Under the pieces are notes generated by a model, which worked only from the letters and a program-made list of their open reading frames with translations, was not told the DNA's origin and ran no database searches. A stretch of DNA of 64,000 nt from Candidatus Faecousia excrementigallinarum (GTDB taxonomy: Bacteria > Bacillota > Clostridia > Oscillospirales > Oscillospiraceae), in contig DVFK01000107.1 of NCBI GenBank assembly GCA_018713285.1, positions 2,715 to 66,714 of the forward strand, given 5' to 3'. Shown in pieces: positions 29,625 to 38,324 of this stretch (the first letter of the stretch is position 1; the number at the start of each line of letters is the position of its first letter). Made by a program: the position numbers and the translations under genes.

Positions 29625-30662
29625 ATGAAAAAATTGTTGTCTTTGACCCTGGCACTGATTATGGTGCTGTCTTTGAGCGTGGCGGTGTTTGCGGCTGACC
29701 CTGATCCCTACTATCCTGACGATATGTCTCAGGTAACAATTAATGTAACTTACAAAGCTGCAAATACAGAAACTACTTCTCCTGCAGAGGATTTTACTTT
29801 CAATTACACCAAGACTGAGGTTACAAATGCTGCCACTGGAGTAGATGTTGATGATATGCCTGATCTCACCATTGGCAATGCGCATTTTGACGAGGGTGTT
29901 GCACAGACATCTCCGGCAACGGCCAACGGTTCCGTAACAATCTCTCTTCCCGCTGTGGCAAGCTTCCCGAGCGTTGGTATTTACACTTATATCATCCGTC
30001 CGCAAGCAGGGAATACTGCTGGCGTGACTTACTATGCTGAGGATATCCGGCTGGTCATTACGGTTATTGAGGCAACAGGGGGAAAGCGCCGTATTGCCGC
30101 AGTCCACACGGAGACTGATGGGGGCAAGAAAGCAAACAACATCGATTATCTCTACTCCGCCGGTAAACTGAATGTGACGAAAGTTGTTGACGGCAACCTG
30201 GGTGACCGGGATAAGGAGTTTAACGTGACGGTGACCTTCACCGCTCCCGCAAACGAGAAAGTGAAAAGCGTAATCTCCTATACCGACGGAACAACAAAGA
30301 CCATTGAAATCTCTGCTTGGAAGGAAGAGAATGGAAGTAAGCAGGCAGAAGTTACCATCGCCCTGAAGCATAACGAAACCGTAACCTTCACCAACATCCC
30401 TTACGATGTAACCTATGAGGTAGTGGAAGCGGATTATACTTCTACGGAAAATGGAAAATATGACGCCGCTAAGTACAATTTCACCGATGCCGCCAAGAAG
30501 GTTGACAGCGCAAGCGACACCGTTACCATCACCAACACCAAAAACTCCCCTGTGGACACCGGCATCGCGCTGGACAGCCTGCCTTATGTGCTGCTGATTG
30601 CTGTGGCTGTGGTGGGCGTGGTGATCTTCACCTCCAGAAAGCGCAGCCGTCGGGAGTACTAA
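29625..30662 (+). CDS. major (backbone) pilin with PVDTG sortase-B sorting signal
   Basis: Signal peptide; VGIYTYII and VTKVVDGNLGDRDKEFNVTV isopeptide-type domains; TITN..SPVDTG + TM + basic tail. Confidence 0.85.
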   Translation: MKKLLSLTLALIMVLSLSVAVFAADPDPYYPDDMSQVTINVTYKAANTETTSPAEDFTFNYTKTEVTNAATGVDVDDMPDLTIGNAHFDEGVAQTSPATANGSVTISLPAVASFPSVGIYTYIIRPQAGNTAGVTYYAEDIRLVITVIEATGGKRRIAAVHTETDGGKKANNIDYLYSAGKLNVTKVVDGNLGDRDKEFNVTVTFTAPANEKVKSVISYTDGTTKTIEISAWKEENGSKQAEVTIALKHNETVTFTNIPYDVTYEVVEADYTSTENGKYDAAKYNFTDAAKKVDSASDTVTITNTKNSPVDTGIALDSLPYVLLIAVAVVGVVIFTSRKRSRREY

Positions 30663-30666
30663 GAAT

Positions 30667-30711
30667 GGGGACGATCCCGGGGCAATGCTGCCCCGGGGAT
30701 GACCCCAGGGG
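30667..30711 (+). other. GC-rich hairpin after major pilin (possible mRNA stabiliser or partial terminator)
   Basis: cccggggca-atgc-tgccccggg stem without a U-tract. Confidence 0.45.
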
Positions 30712-30726
30712 AAAGGAGCAGAAATC

Positions 30727-31491
30727 GTGGGTTATGTGTTGCGGGGCCTGAACGCCCTGTTCAGCCTGATTGTGCTTCTTTGCTTCTTTGTGGTGGCGGC
30801 CTATGCCGGCTATGCCCTGTGGGACAACAGTCAGGTGTATGCTGCCGCGGAGAATGTCCGGGATGAGATGCGCCAGCTCAAGCCTCCGGAAGATCCGGAA
30901 GGCGAGGAGGGGCCGACATTTGAAGAGCTGAAGGCCATAAACCCGGATGTGTATGCCTGGGTGACCCTGGACAATACCAATATCGACCACCCGGTGGTCC
31001 AGGGACAGGATAACCTGACCTACGTCAATCGGGATGTCTACGGAAACTTTGCCCTGGCCGGCAGTATTTTCCTGGATTCCCGGAATGACAGCAGCTTTTC
31101 CGACCCCTATTCCCTGCTGTATGGCCACCATATGGAAAACAGCGGAATGTTTGGGGATTTGGCTCTTTACAAGGAAGAGGATTTCTTTCAGGAGAATTCC
31201 ACCGGGTATCTCATTACTCCGGAGGGGGTTTATGACCTGGAGATTTTTGCCAGCCTGGTGGTGAGCGCCTCCGACCAGTACATTTTTGACCCGGAAATCT
31301 GGCACACGGAGAAAGCCGCTGCCCTTGCCCACGTGAAAGAAAATGCCCTGTACCTCAGAGAGAATATTTTTCAGGACTTGGATGAAAATTCCAGGATTTT
31401 GGCTCTGAGTACCTGCTCCGGAGAGTTTTCCGATGCCAGAACGGTGGTTCTGGCAAAGATGATTCCCAGAGAAACCCGGAAGGGAGGATAA
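30727..31491 (+). CDS. srtB: class B sortase
   Basis: INPDVYAW, PVVQGQDN, GSIFLD, YGHHM..GMFG and LSTC..R catalytic motifs. Confidence 0.93.
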   Translation: MGYVLRGLNALFSLIVLLCFFVVAAYAGYALWDNSQVYAAAENVRDEMRQLKPPEDPEGEEGPTFEELKAINPDVYAWVTLDNTNIDHPVVQGQDNLTYVNRDVYGNFALAGSIFLDSRNDSSFSDPYSLLYGHHMENSGMFGDLALYKEEDFFQENSTGYLITPEGVYDLEIFASLVVSASDQYIFDPEIWHTEKAAALAHVKENALYLRENIFQDLDENSRILALSTCSGEFSDARTVVLAKMIPRETRKGG

Positions 31492-31492
31492 G

Positions 31493-32074
31493 ATGAAAAA
31501 GCGAATATGCAGCCGCATTCTTGCCGCTTTGCTGCTTCTTTGTCTGCTCCCTTTAGGGCAGACAGTCCTGGCAGAGCCGGAGGCTTCTTTCTCAGTGGAT
31601 GTACAAGTCCAGGGGAATGTCCCGGCAAAGCCGGAAACCTATACCTTGGTGCTGACCGGAGACGAGGGCGCTCCCATGCCTGAAGGAAGTCGGGACGGGC
31701 AGTACACCATGCAGGTGGAGGGGCCCGGGGTGGCGGATTTTCCTGCCATTGTCTATCAGAGTGTGGGCATTTACCACTATGTCATCACCCAGCAGCCGGG
31801 AACGAACAGCAGCTGCACTTATGACGATACCCGGTATGAGATAACGGTAACCGTCACCAATCAGAAATCGGAACCTGGTCTGGAAGTGACCATCGCCATC
31901 CGCAATAGCCAAACCCAGGAGAAGGTGGAGCAGGTGGTGTTCCGGAATGACTACGCCTACCCCCCGGAGATTCCCCAGACGGGAGAATCCGGGAACCTGC
32001 CCCTGATGCTGGGGCTGTGGGTATGCAGCCTGCTGGCTGTGGCCTTTTTGTGGAAGCAAAGAAAAACCGTATAA
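31493..32074 (+). CDS. Spy0128/FctB-like minor (anchor) pilin with IPQTG motif
   Basis: Signal peptide, GIYHYVITQ, YDDT.Y, FRNDY; Pro-rich IPQTG + TM + basic tail. Confidence 0.8.
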   Translation: MKKRICSRILAALLLLCLLPLGQTVLAEPEASFSVDVQVQGNVPAKPETYTLVLTGDEGAPMPEGSRDGQYTMQVEGPGVADFPAIVYQSVGIYHYVITQQPGTNSSCTYDDTRYEITVTVTNQKSEPGLEVTIAIRNSQTQEKVEQVVFRNDYAYPPEIPQTGESGNLPLMLGLWVCSLLAVAFLWKQRKTV

Positions 32075-32117
32075 AAAATCGCCTCACAGAAGGAAGACCT
32101 TTCTGTGAGGCGATTTT
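32075..32117. terminator. bidirectional terminator ending pilus operon
   Basis: aaaatcgcctcacagaagg/cctttctgtgaggcgatttt stem. Confidence 0.8.
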
Positions 32118-32120
32118 CCG

Positions 32121-32393
32121 TCAGAAGCAAAGAAAGCGGTAAACCAAAAGACCCAGTACAATTTGCAGGGCCAGCAGCACCGGCACTCCGATGGTGAATT
32201 TGGGGTGCTTTGTTTTGTGCCGGACGGTATACATTCCCAGAAGGGAGCCCAGGCTTCCTCCCAGGGCGGCGACCCACATGAGGGTGGCCTCGGGAATCCG
32301 CCAAAGTTTTTTTCTGGCTTTGTACTTGTCAATAAGCATAAGCAGGAACCCCAGCGCATTGACTGATAGTAGATAAATGAGGACTGGCTTCAT
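32121..32393 (-). CDS. DUF1294 (YsdA-like) membrane protein
   Basis: DKYKARKKLWRIPEATL..GGSLG..RHKTKHPKF. Confidence 0.92.
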   Translation of the reverse strand: MKPVLIYLLSVNALGFLLMLIDKYKARKKLWRIPEATLMWVAALGGSLGSLLGMYTVRHKTKHPKFTIGVPVLLALQIVLGLLVYRFLCF

Positions 32394-32413
32394 AAAATAC
32401 CTTTCTTGGAGGG

Positions 32414-32944
32414 ATGGATTTGAAAAAATTATTTGTCTGTGCCGCCCTGGGGTTGCTGCTTTGCGGCTGTGCCTCCCAGGAGGCGTCGGAAACCGTGGAG
32501 GATGTGTACCAGCCGGTTTTGGAGAAGCAGGCCCAGCAGGTGCTGCTGCAGGTGCCCGACCAGGCAGGCACTCCGGTGCTGACCAACGAGCAGGGGGACA
32601 CCCTGTATATGTGGGAGGACTACACCCTGACGGTAGCCACCCGGAAATCCGGGGATGTGACCGGGGTGATTCAGGAAACCACCGGCTTTACTCCGGACCA
32701 GCTGCAGGTGGTGGAAACGGCCCGGATGGAGGGGACCCAGTATGACTGTATCTGGACAGCAGCCGGGGAAGGGGGCAGCCAGGTGGGGCGGCTTCGGATG
32801 ATTGACGACGGCCACCACCTGTATGTGATGACCATTATGGCCCCGGAGGCGGAGGCAGCGGCTTTGCAGAGCGACACCTGGGTGGAGGTGTTCAACTCCT
32901 TCCGGGTGATTGAGCCGGGCAGCCTGGTCAGTAGCGGCTCATAG
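32414..32944 (+). CDS. hypothetical lipoprotein
   Basis: Lipobox LLCGC after a hydrophobic signal; GGAGGG RBS. Confidence 0.7.
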   Translation: MDLKKLFVCAALGLLLCGCASQEASETVEDVYQPVLEKQAQQVLLQVPDQAGTPVLTNEQGDTLYMWEDYTLTVATRKSGDVTGVIQETTGFTPDQLQVVETARMEGTQYDCIWTAAGEGGSQVGRLRMIDDGHHLYVMTIMAPEAEAAALQSDTWVEVFNSFRVIEPGSLVSSGS

Positions 32945-33905
32945 CCGACTGACAGAGGTCTTTGCAGGCGTCTATCACCGACTGGGGATAGAGGATTTGG
33001 GCCTTGTCTCCGAATCCGATAATCCAGCTTAAAAACATGGGAGAAACCGCCACCTGCACCGTGAAGGTGAAGTGCTCCTCGTCCTGGGGAATCAGCATGG
33101 TGTCCTTGCCGAAGCGGTCAATCACCACATTGATGAGGCTCCGGTGAAACAGGAGCTTTACCGTCACCGCATCCCCGGAGTACATCTGAAAGAGCTGCCT
33201 GGCGTGTTCCACCAGAGCTTTCCCCGTCAGCTCCGGGCAGGGATTGCGGCTCTTGTCTGTCAGACGGATATCTGTCATCCGGTCCACCCGGTAGGAGGTA
33301 ACGCCGTGACGCTGGGAATGGGCCAGCAGGTAATAGTTTTCGTTGTCCTGGCACAGTCCGTAAGGGCTTGCCAGGTATTCTTTGTCCCGATACCGGCGCT
33401 TGCCCCCCAGATCCCAGTCAAAGTACCGGAAGGAAATCTGCCGGTTTTGTCCGATGGCCTCCTGAATGGCATCCACATTGTAGTAGATGGACTCGTTCAT
33501 GCTCTTGACCCGCCCGGACACCAGGACATTCCGCTTCATCAGCCGGGCATCCTCCTCGTTGCACTGGCTGCACAGCTTTTCAATCAACTCCCGGGACTTG
33601 CGCTCTGTGAGGAAGCGGCTGGACTGAACGGCGTCAATCAGCAGTTTCAGCTCCGGCAACTGAAACCGCTGGGAGGCGATGTAGTAGCCGCCGTTCCGCC
33701 CGGGAATGGAGACAATGTCCGCCCCATACTCCTGCAAAGCAGCCACATCGGAGTAGACGGTTTTCCGGTCGCAGTGAATCCCATGGCGGTTTTCCAGCAT
33801 GGCGATAAGCTCGGCAGCTCTCACGGGTTTACTCTCGTGGGAATTTTTTTGCAGATAATCCAGGATATACAGAATTTTCAGCTTTTGATTGTCGTACTTT
33901 CCCAT
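32928..33905 (-). CDS. HTH-WYL-WCX transcriptional regulator
   Basis: wHTH (DRKTVYSDV), ELKLLIDAVQSS, SPYGL..NYYL..YRVDRM and FLSWIIGFG motifs; GGAGGTGA RBS. Confidence 0.9.
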   Translation of the reverse strand: MGKYDNQKLKILYILDYLQKNSHESKPVRAAELIAMLENRHGIHCDRKTVYSDVAALQEYGADIVSIPGRNGGYYIASQRFQLPELKLLIDAVQSSRFLTERKSRELIEKLCSQCNEEDARLMKRNVLVSGRVKSMNESIYYNVDAIQEAIGQNRQISFRYFDWDLGGKRRYRDKEYLASPYGLCQDNENYYLLAHSQRHGVTSYRVDRMTDIRLTDKSRNPCPELTGKALVEHARQLFQMYSGDAVTVKLLFHRSLINVVIDRFGKDTMLIPQDEEHFTFTVQVAVSPMFLSWIIGFGDKAQILYPQSVIDACKDLCQSAMSRY

Positions 33906-34023
33906 GTTCCTCACCTCCTCCCGATTATAACACATCTGTCACAATGGTGGAAAGAGAAAATTCATAAATTTGATTTTTTCCCCATTGTGTGATATGCTAT
34001 GGGCACTTGGAGGTACAAAAAAT

Positions 34024-34866
34024 ATGCTGTTTATCGGATGTCACCTGTCAACCACCGGAGGCTTTGCCGCCACGGTGGATACGGCAGCGGAGTTAGGTGC
34101 CAACACCTTTGCTTACTTTACCAGAAACCCCAGAGGCAGCCGAGCCCGGGCAGAGGACTTGCCCGACTGCCGGAAGGCTATGGAGAAAATGAATGACCTG
34201 TCTTTCGGAAAGCTGGTAGCCCATGGGGCCTATACCATGAACCTTTGCACCGGGAAAGAGGAGGACAGGGCCTTTGCCCGGAGCCTTCTGGTGGAGGATT
34301 TGCGCCGGATGGCGGCTCTTCCCGGCAACTTCTATAATTTCCATCCCGGCAGCCACGTGGGGCAGGGGACGGATACGGGCATCGCTCAGATTTGCGAGGC
34401 CTTGACTGCCGCCATGGCGCCAAACTATCCTGTGACCGTCCTGCTGGAAACCATGGCAGGTAAGGGCACCGAGGTAGGTGGGAGCTTTCAGGAGCTGAAA
34501 GCCATCCTGGATGGCGTAGGCCGTCAGGATCTGGGAGTCTGCCTGGATACCTGCCATGTGTACGACGGCGGGTATGATATTGTGGAGAATTTGGATGGAG
34601 TCTTGGCGGAGTTTGACCGGGTGATTGGCCTCGATCGCCTGAAAGCCCTCCATCTGAATGACTCCAAAAATCCCTTTGCCTCCCATAAGGACAGGCATGA
34701 AAAAATCGGAGAAGGCTCTCTGGGGCTGGAGACCTTCCGAAAGATTGTAAACCATCCCAAGCTTCGGGGACTTCCCATGATTTTGGAAACCCCTAATGAG
34801 CTTCCCGGCTATGCCCGGGAAATTGCCCTGCTGCGGCAGCTGGAAAAGGGAGAACAGGAGGTGTAG
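34024..34866 (+). CDS. nfo: endonuclease IV (AP endonuclease)
   Basis: IGCHLS, FHPGSH, LLETMAGKG, CLDTCH, HLNDSK..DRHE and ILETP motifs. Confidence 0.95.
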   Translation: MLFIGCHLSTTGGFAATVDTAAELGANTFAYFTRNPRGSRARAEDLPDCRKAMEKMNDLSFGKLVAHGAYTMNLCTGKEEDRAFARSLLVEDLRRMAALPGNFYNFHPGSHVGQGTDTGIAQICEALTAAMAPNYPVTVLLETMAGKGTEVGGSFQELKAILDGVGRQDLGVCLDTCHVYDGGYDIVENLDGVLAEFDRVIGLDRLKALHLNDSKNPFASHKDRHEKIGEGSLGLETFRKIVNHPKLRGLPMILETPNELPGYAREIALLRQLEKGEQEV

Positions 34867-34867
34867 T

Positions 34868-36586
34868 ATGCAGGATCTGGTACAAAGCCTGCAAGGGGCG
34901 GAGTCCACGTTTTACTATGTGTTTTTGTCGGTGTTTCGCTATGTGGCTCCGGCTCTGGCGTTTTTGATTTTGTTCCGGGCGGTAAAGCCTCTGCTGTTTT
35001 TCCGCCGGGCCCCGGAAATCTGGGCCTGGCTTACCATGGCAGACGGTACTAAGCTGCCCATCACCCATTGGGAAAACGTCATCGGCAGAAGCAAAAGCTG
35101 TGATGTGGTGCTGGATGTGCCCACCATCTCCCGGAACCACTGCGTCCTGACCCGGTACGATGACGGCAGCTGGACCATCCGGGATACCGAGTCCTCCGGC
35201 GGGCTGTTCATCAACGGCAAACGCAAATCCATCTGGGCCTTGCAGCCGGAGGATGTGATTGAAATTGGCGGGGTGAAGATGACCCTGCAGCCCATCACCC
35301 AGCGGCAGGAGGAGCGGCTGGCCCAGCTCCGGGGCAGAGCCGGCAGCTTTGGCAGCAGCCTCATCAACGTGCTGCTGCTGACCATCTTCCAGGTGCTGTG
35401 CTGCCTGGGCTTCCTTCTCAGCCGTCAGAAGGATGTGCAGTCGGTGCTGGTGGGCATCGGCGGCATTATGGTGGTCCAGTGGCTGCTGCTGCTGTTCTAC
35501 TTCTGTATCCGCAGAACCTCTTTCGAGGTGGAGACCATCGCCTTTTTCATCTCCACCATGGGCATGGCAGCCATTGCCGCCGTGGTGCCGGGGGAGGCCA
35601 GCAAGCAGTTCCTTTCCATCATCATGGGCATCTGCGCCTTCCTGGGCATTGGCTGGGCCCTGCGGGACCTGGAGCGGGCGAAGAAGCTCCGGTGGCTGGC
35701 AGCGGTGGCGGGTATTGGCTTCCTGCTCATTACCCTGGTGTTTGGTACGGAAATCAACGGTGCCAAAAACTGGCTGAAGTTTGGCTCCTTTTCCATCCAG
35801 CCCTCGGAGCTGAGTAAGGTCTGCTTCGTGTTTGTAGGCGCTTCCACCATGGACAGAATCCTGACCAAGCGGAACCTCATTGGCTTCATCGCCTATTCCG
35901 TGGCCATCTGCGGCTGCCTGGCCCTTATGAATGACTTTGGTACTGCCCTGATTTTCTTCTGCGCCTTTTTGGTGATTGCCTATATGCGCTCGGGAAGCGT
36001 GGGTACCATTGCCCTGGCCTGTACCTCTTTGGGCTTTGCCGGAGTGGTGGCGCTGAAAATCGCCCCCCATGCCATGCAGCGGTTCTCCTCCTGGCGGCAT
36101 ATCTGGGAATCCCCGCTGTCTTCTGGCTACCAGCAGACCCGGGCCCTTATGTGCATGGCCGCCGGCGGTCTGTTTGGTCTGGGTGCCGGACAGGGCTACA
36201 TGAAAAATGTATTCGCCGCCGATTCGGATATGGTGGTTGCCACCATTACCGAGGAGTGGGGCCTTCTCATGGTGGTAATGATCATCTTAAGTATTGTGGC
36301 GCTGGGTGTGTTTGTGGTGCGCTCTGCGGCAGTGGGCCGGAGCAGCTTCTACACCATTGGCGCTTGTACCGCAGCCAGCATTTTGCTGCTGCAAACCATT
36401 TTGAACGCTTTGGGCACCGTGGATGTGCTGCCCCTGACCGGTGTGACCTTCCCCTTCCTGTCCAACGGCGGTTCCAGCATGATTGGTGCCTGGGGCCTCC
36501 TGGCCTTTATCAAGGCGGGGGATACCCGGCAGAATGCCAGCTTTGCGGTGCGCCTGCAAAAGAAAGGAGGCAGGGAGGATGAATAG
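34868..36586 (+). CDS. FHA-domain / FtsW-RodA-SpoVE (SEDS) fusion protein
   Basis: FHA motifs IGRS..CD..ISRNH..SSGG..ING; SEDS motifs GAKNW..QPSELSK, DFGTA, GYQ, SDMV and PLTGVTFPFLSNGGSS. Confidence 0.9.
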   Translation: MQDLVQSLQGAESTFYYVFLSVFRYVAPALAFLILFRAVKPLLFFRRAPEIWAWLTMADGTKLPITHWENVIGRSKSCDVVLDVPTISRNHCVLTRYDDGSWTIRDTESSGGLFINGKRKSIWALQPEDVIEIGGVKMTLQPITQRQEERLAQLRGRAGSFGSSLINVLLLTIFQVLCCLGFLLSRQKDVQSVLVGIGGIMVVQWLLLLFYFCIRRTSFEVETIAFFISTMGMAAIAAVVPGEASKQFLSIIMGICAFLGIGWALRDLERAKKLRWLAAVAGIGFLLITLVFGTEINGAKNWLKFGSFSIQPSELSKVCFVFVGASTMDRILTKRNLIGFIAYSVAICGCLALMNDFGTALIFFCAFLVIAYMRSGSVGTIALACTSLGFAGVVALKIAPHAMQRFSSWRHIWESPLSSGYQQTRALMCMAAGGLFGLGAGQGYMKNVFAADSDMVVATITEEWGLLMVVMIILSIVALGVFVVRSAAVGRSSFYTIGACTAASILLLQTILNALGTVDVLPLTGVTFPFLSNGGSSMIGAWGLLAFIKAGDTRQNASFAVRLQKKGGREDE

Positions 36587-37949
36587 AGTTGCAACCCGTG
36601 CCCTGGCGGTGCTGCTGTTGGTAGCGGTGCTGGTAGGGGGATTGGGATTCTTCCTGTGGGAATACACCACCCAGGCTTCCGCCTGGATTGTGTTCCCCGG
36701 TTCTCCCCATGTGTATACCGGAAATAATATCGACTGCGGCGTGGTAACGGACGCCAAGGGCACCCTGCTTCTGGATATGCGCCAGAACAGAACCTATTCA
36801 GAGGATGCTCTGCTGCGAATGGGAACCGTCCATTGGCTGGGGGATCGGCACGGCTTTGTGGAAGCCCCCGCCCTTTCCCACTATGCCGCGGAAATGGCTG
36901 GCTATTCCCTGGTAAACGGGGTGTACGCCTATGGAGAAACCGCGGGCGTTGCGAAACTTACCCTGCTGGCAGAGGCCCAGAAAACGGCGCTGGAGGCCAT
37001 GGGGGACCACAAAGGAACGGTGGCGGTATACAACTACAAAACCGGCCAGATTCTGTGCGCCGTGTCCACCCCCACCTATGACCCGGATAATGTGCCGGAC
37101 CTGGAGGCGGATACCACCGGAAAATACGAGGGAATGTATCTTAACCGCTTTACCCAGTCGGTGTATATTCCCGGCTCTATTTTCAAGGTGGTGACCCTGG
37201 CGGCTGCTTTGCAGGAGATTCCCGATTTGCAGGAGCAGACCTTTACCTGTACCGGGTCTTACGAAATGGGCGTGGACAAAATCACCTGCGAAAGTGCCCA
37301 CGGCACCCAGAATGTGAAGGAGGCCTTCGCCAATTCCTGCAACTGCGTCTTTGCCCAGATTTCCCAGCAGCTGGGAGGAGAAACCCTTTCTAAGTATGTG
37401 GAGGAAATGGGCATCACCAAGAGCCAGACCTTTGACGGCATTACCACCGCAGAGGGGAATTTCCAGGTGGACAACACCCCGGTGAACGTAGCCTGGAGTG
37501 CCATCGGTCAGTATATGGACCAGATTAACCCCTGTGCGTTCCTTACCTACATGGGAGCCATTGCCGCAGGCGGGGCAGGTGTGGAGCCTTACCTGGTGGA
37601 GAACATTACCGTGGGCAATACCACCACCTACCAGGCCAGTACCCACCGGTCAGAGCGGATAATGGACGCCCAAACCGCCAAAACCATGCAGGAATTTCTC
37701 CGGAATAACGTGGAAACCCGTTACGGCCCGGGAAATTTCGGCAGCCTCCGGGTGTGTGCAAAGACCGGTACGGCCCAGGTAGGCGGTGACCGGAAGTCCA
37801 ACGCCATGCTGGCGGGCTTTACCACGGATGAAGACTATCCCTTTGCCTTTATCGTATGCGTGGAGGAGGGAGGCTACGGCGCCTCTACCTGTATCCCCAT
37901 TGCCACCCAGGTGCTGGAGGCCTGTAAACAGGCCATTGACAAAAATTGA
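36579..37949 (+). CDS. class B penicillin-binding transpeptidase (PbpA-like)
   Basis: N-terminal TM; SxxK (PGSIFK), SxN (NSCN) and KTG (AKTGT) motifs; coupled to the SEDS gene. Confidence 0.9.
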   Translation: MNRVATRALAVLLLVAVLVGGLGFFLWEYTTQASAWIVFPGSPHVYTGNNIDCGVVTDAKGTLLLDMRQNRTYSEDALLRMGTVHWLGDRHGFVEAPALSHYAAEMAGYSLVNGVYAYGETAGVAKLTLLAEAQKTALEAMGDHKGTVAVYNYKTGQILCAVSTPTYDPDNVPDLEADTTGKYEGMYLNRFTQSVYIPGSIFKVVTLAAALQEIPDLQEQTFTCTGSYEMGVDKITCESAHGTQNVKEAFANSCNCVFAQISQQLGGETLSKYVEEMGITKSQTFDGITTAEGNFQVDNTPVNVAWSAIGQYMDQINPCAFLTYMGAIAAGGAGVEPYLVENITVGNTTTYQASTHRSERIMDAQTAKTMQEFLRNNVETRYGPGNFGSLRVCAKTGTAQVGGDRKSNAMLAGFTTDEDYPFAFIVCVEEGGYGASTCIPIATQVLEACKQAIDKN

Positions 37950-38012
37950 ACATTGTGTGAATTCCACAAAACTCCCTTTGATTGCAAAAGTGTTTTTGGT
38001 GCTTTTGGGATG

Positions 38013-38041
38013 TTGACAAATGTGCGCCCCTGGGATACAAT
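38013..38041 (+). promoter_or_regulatory. sigma-A promoter of liv leader/operon
   Basis: TTGACA-17 bp-TACAAT. Confidence 0.8.
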
Positions 38042-38071
38042 GTGAACATCTTAACAAGGAGGTACAAGACA

Positions 38072-38239
38072 ATGATGGTTTCCTACAATGCTTCTTCCAA
38101 TCGGTCTTACTGCTGCATGAACGCTTCTGCAGCGGGTACCTCCGTGTGCGCCGGCATGATTATGGACATTGCTGCTCTGGCAATGTCCATTTTTTGCATT
38201 CTGTCCCTAAGCATTCTGGCTCTGCAGATTACCCTATAG
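38072..38239 (+). CDS. putative Ile/Leu-rich leader peptide (55 aa)
   Basis: Strong AAGGAGG RBS; 11 of the last 23 codons are Ile/Leu; stop codon abuts the attenuator hairpins. Confidence 0.65.
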   Translation: MMVSYNASSNRSYCCMNASAAGTSVCAGMIMDIAALAMSIFCILSLSILALQITL

Positions 38240-38240
38240 C

Positions 38241-38298
38241 ACCGCTTTTTATGGTATAGAAGAAGCGGTTGTGTATTTGCACAGCCGCTTCCTTTTAT
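38241..38298 (+). terminator. attenuator: alternative antiterminator (38241-38269) and terminator (38262-38298)
   Basis: accgctttt pairs with agaagcggt; gaagcggttgtg pairs with cacagccgcttc, followed by cttttat. Confidence 0.75.
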
Positions 38299-38324
38299 AA
38301 ATGGAAAATGAAAGGGAGATTTTT

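Noticed and set aside
38045-38300. T-box riboswitch upstream of livK
   Set aside because: No AGGGTGGnACC T-box sequence or Stem I motifs were found; the leader-peptide model fits better.
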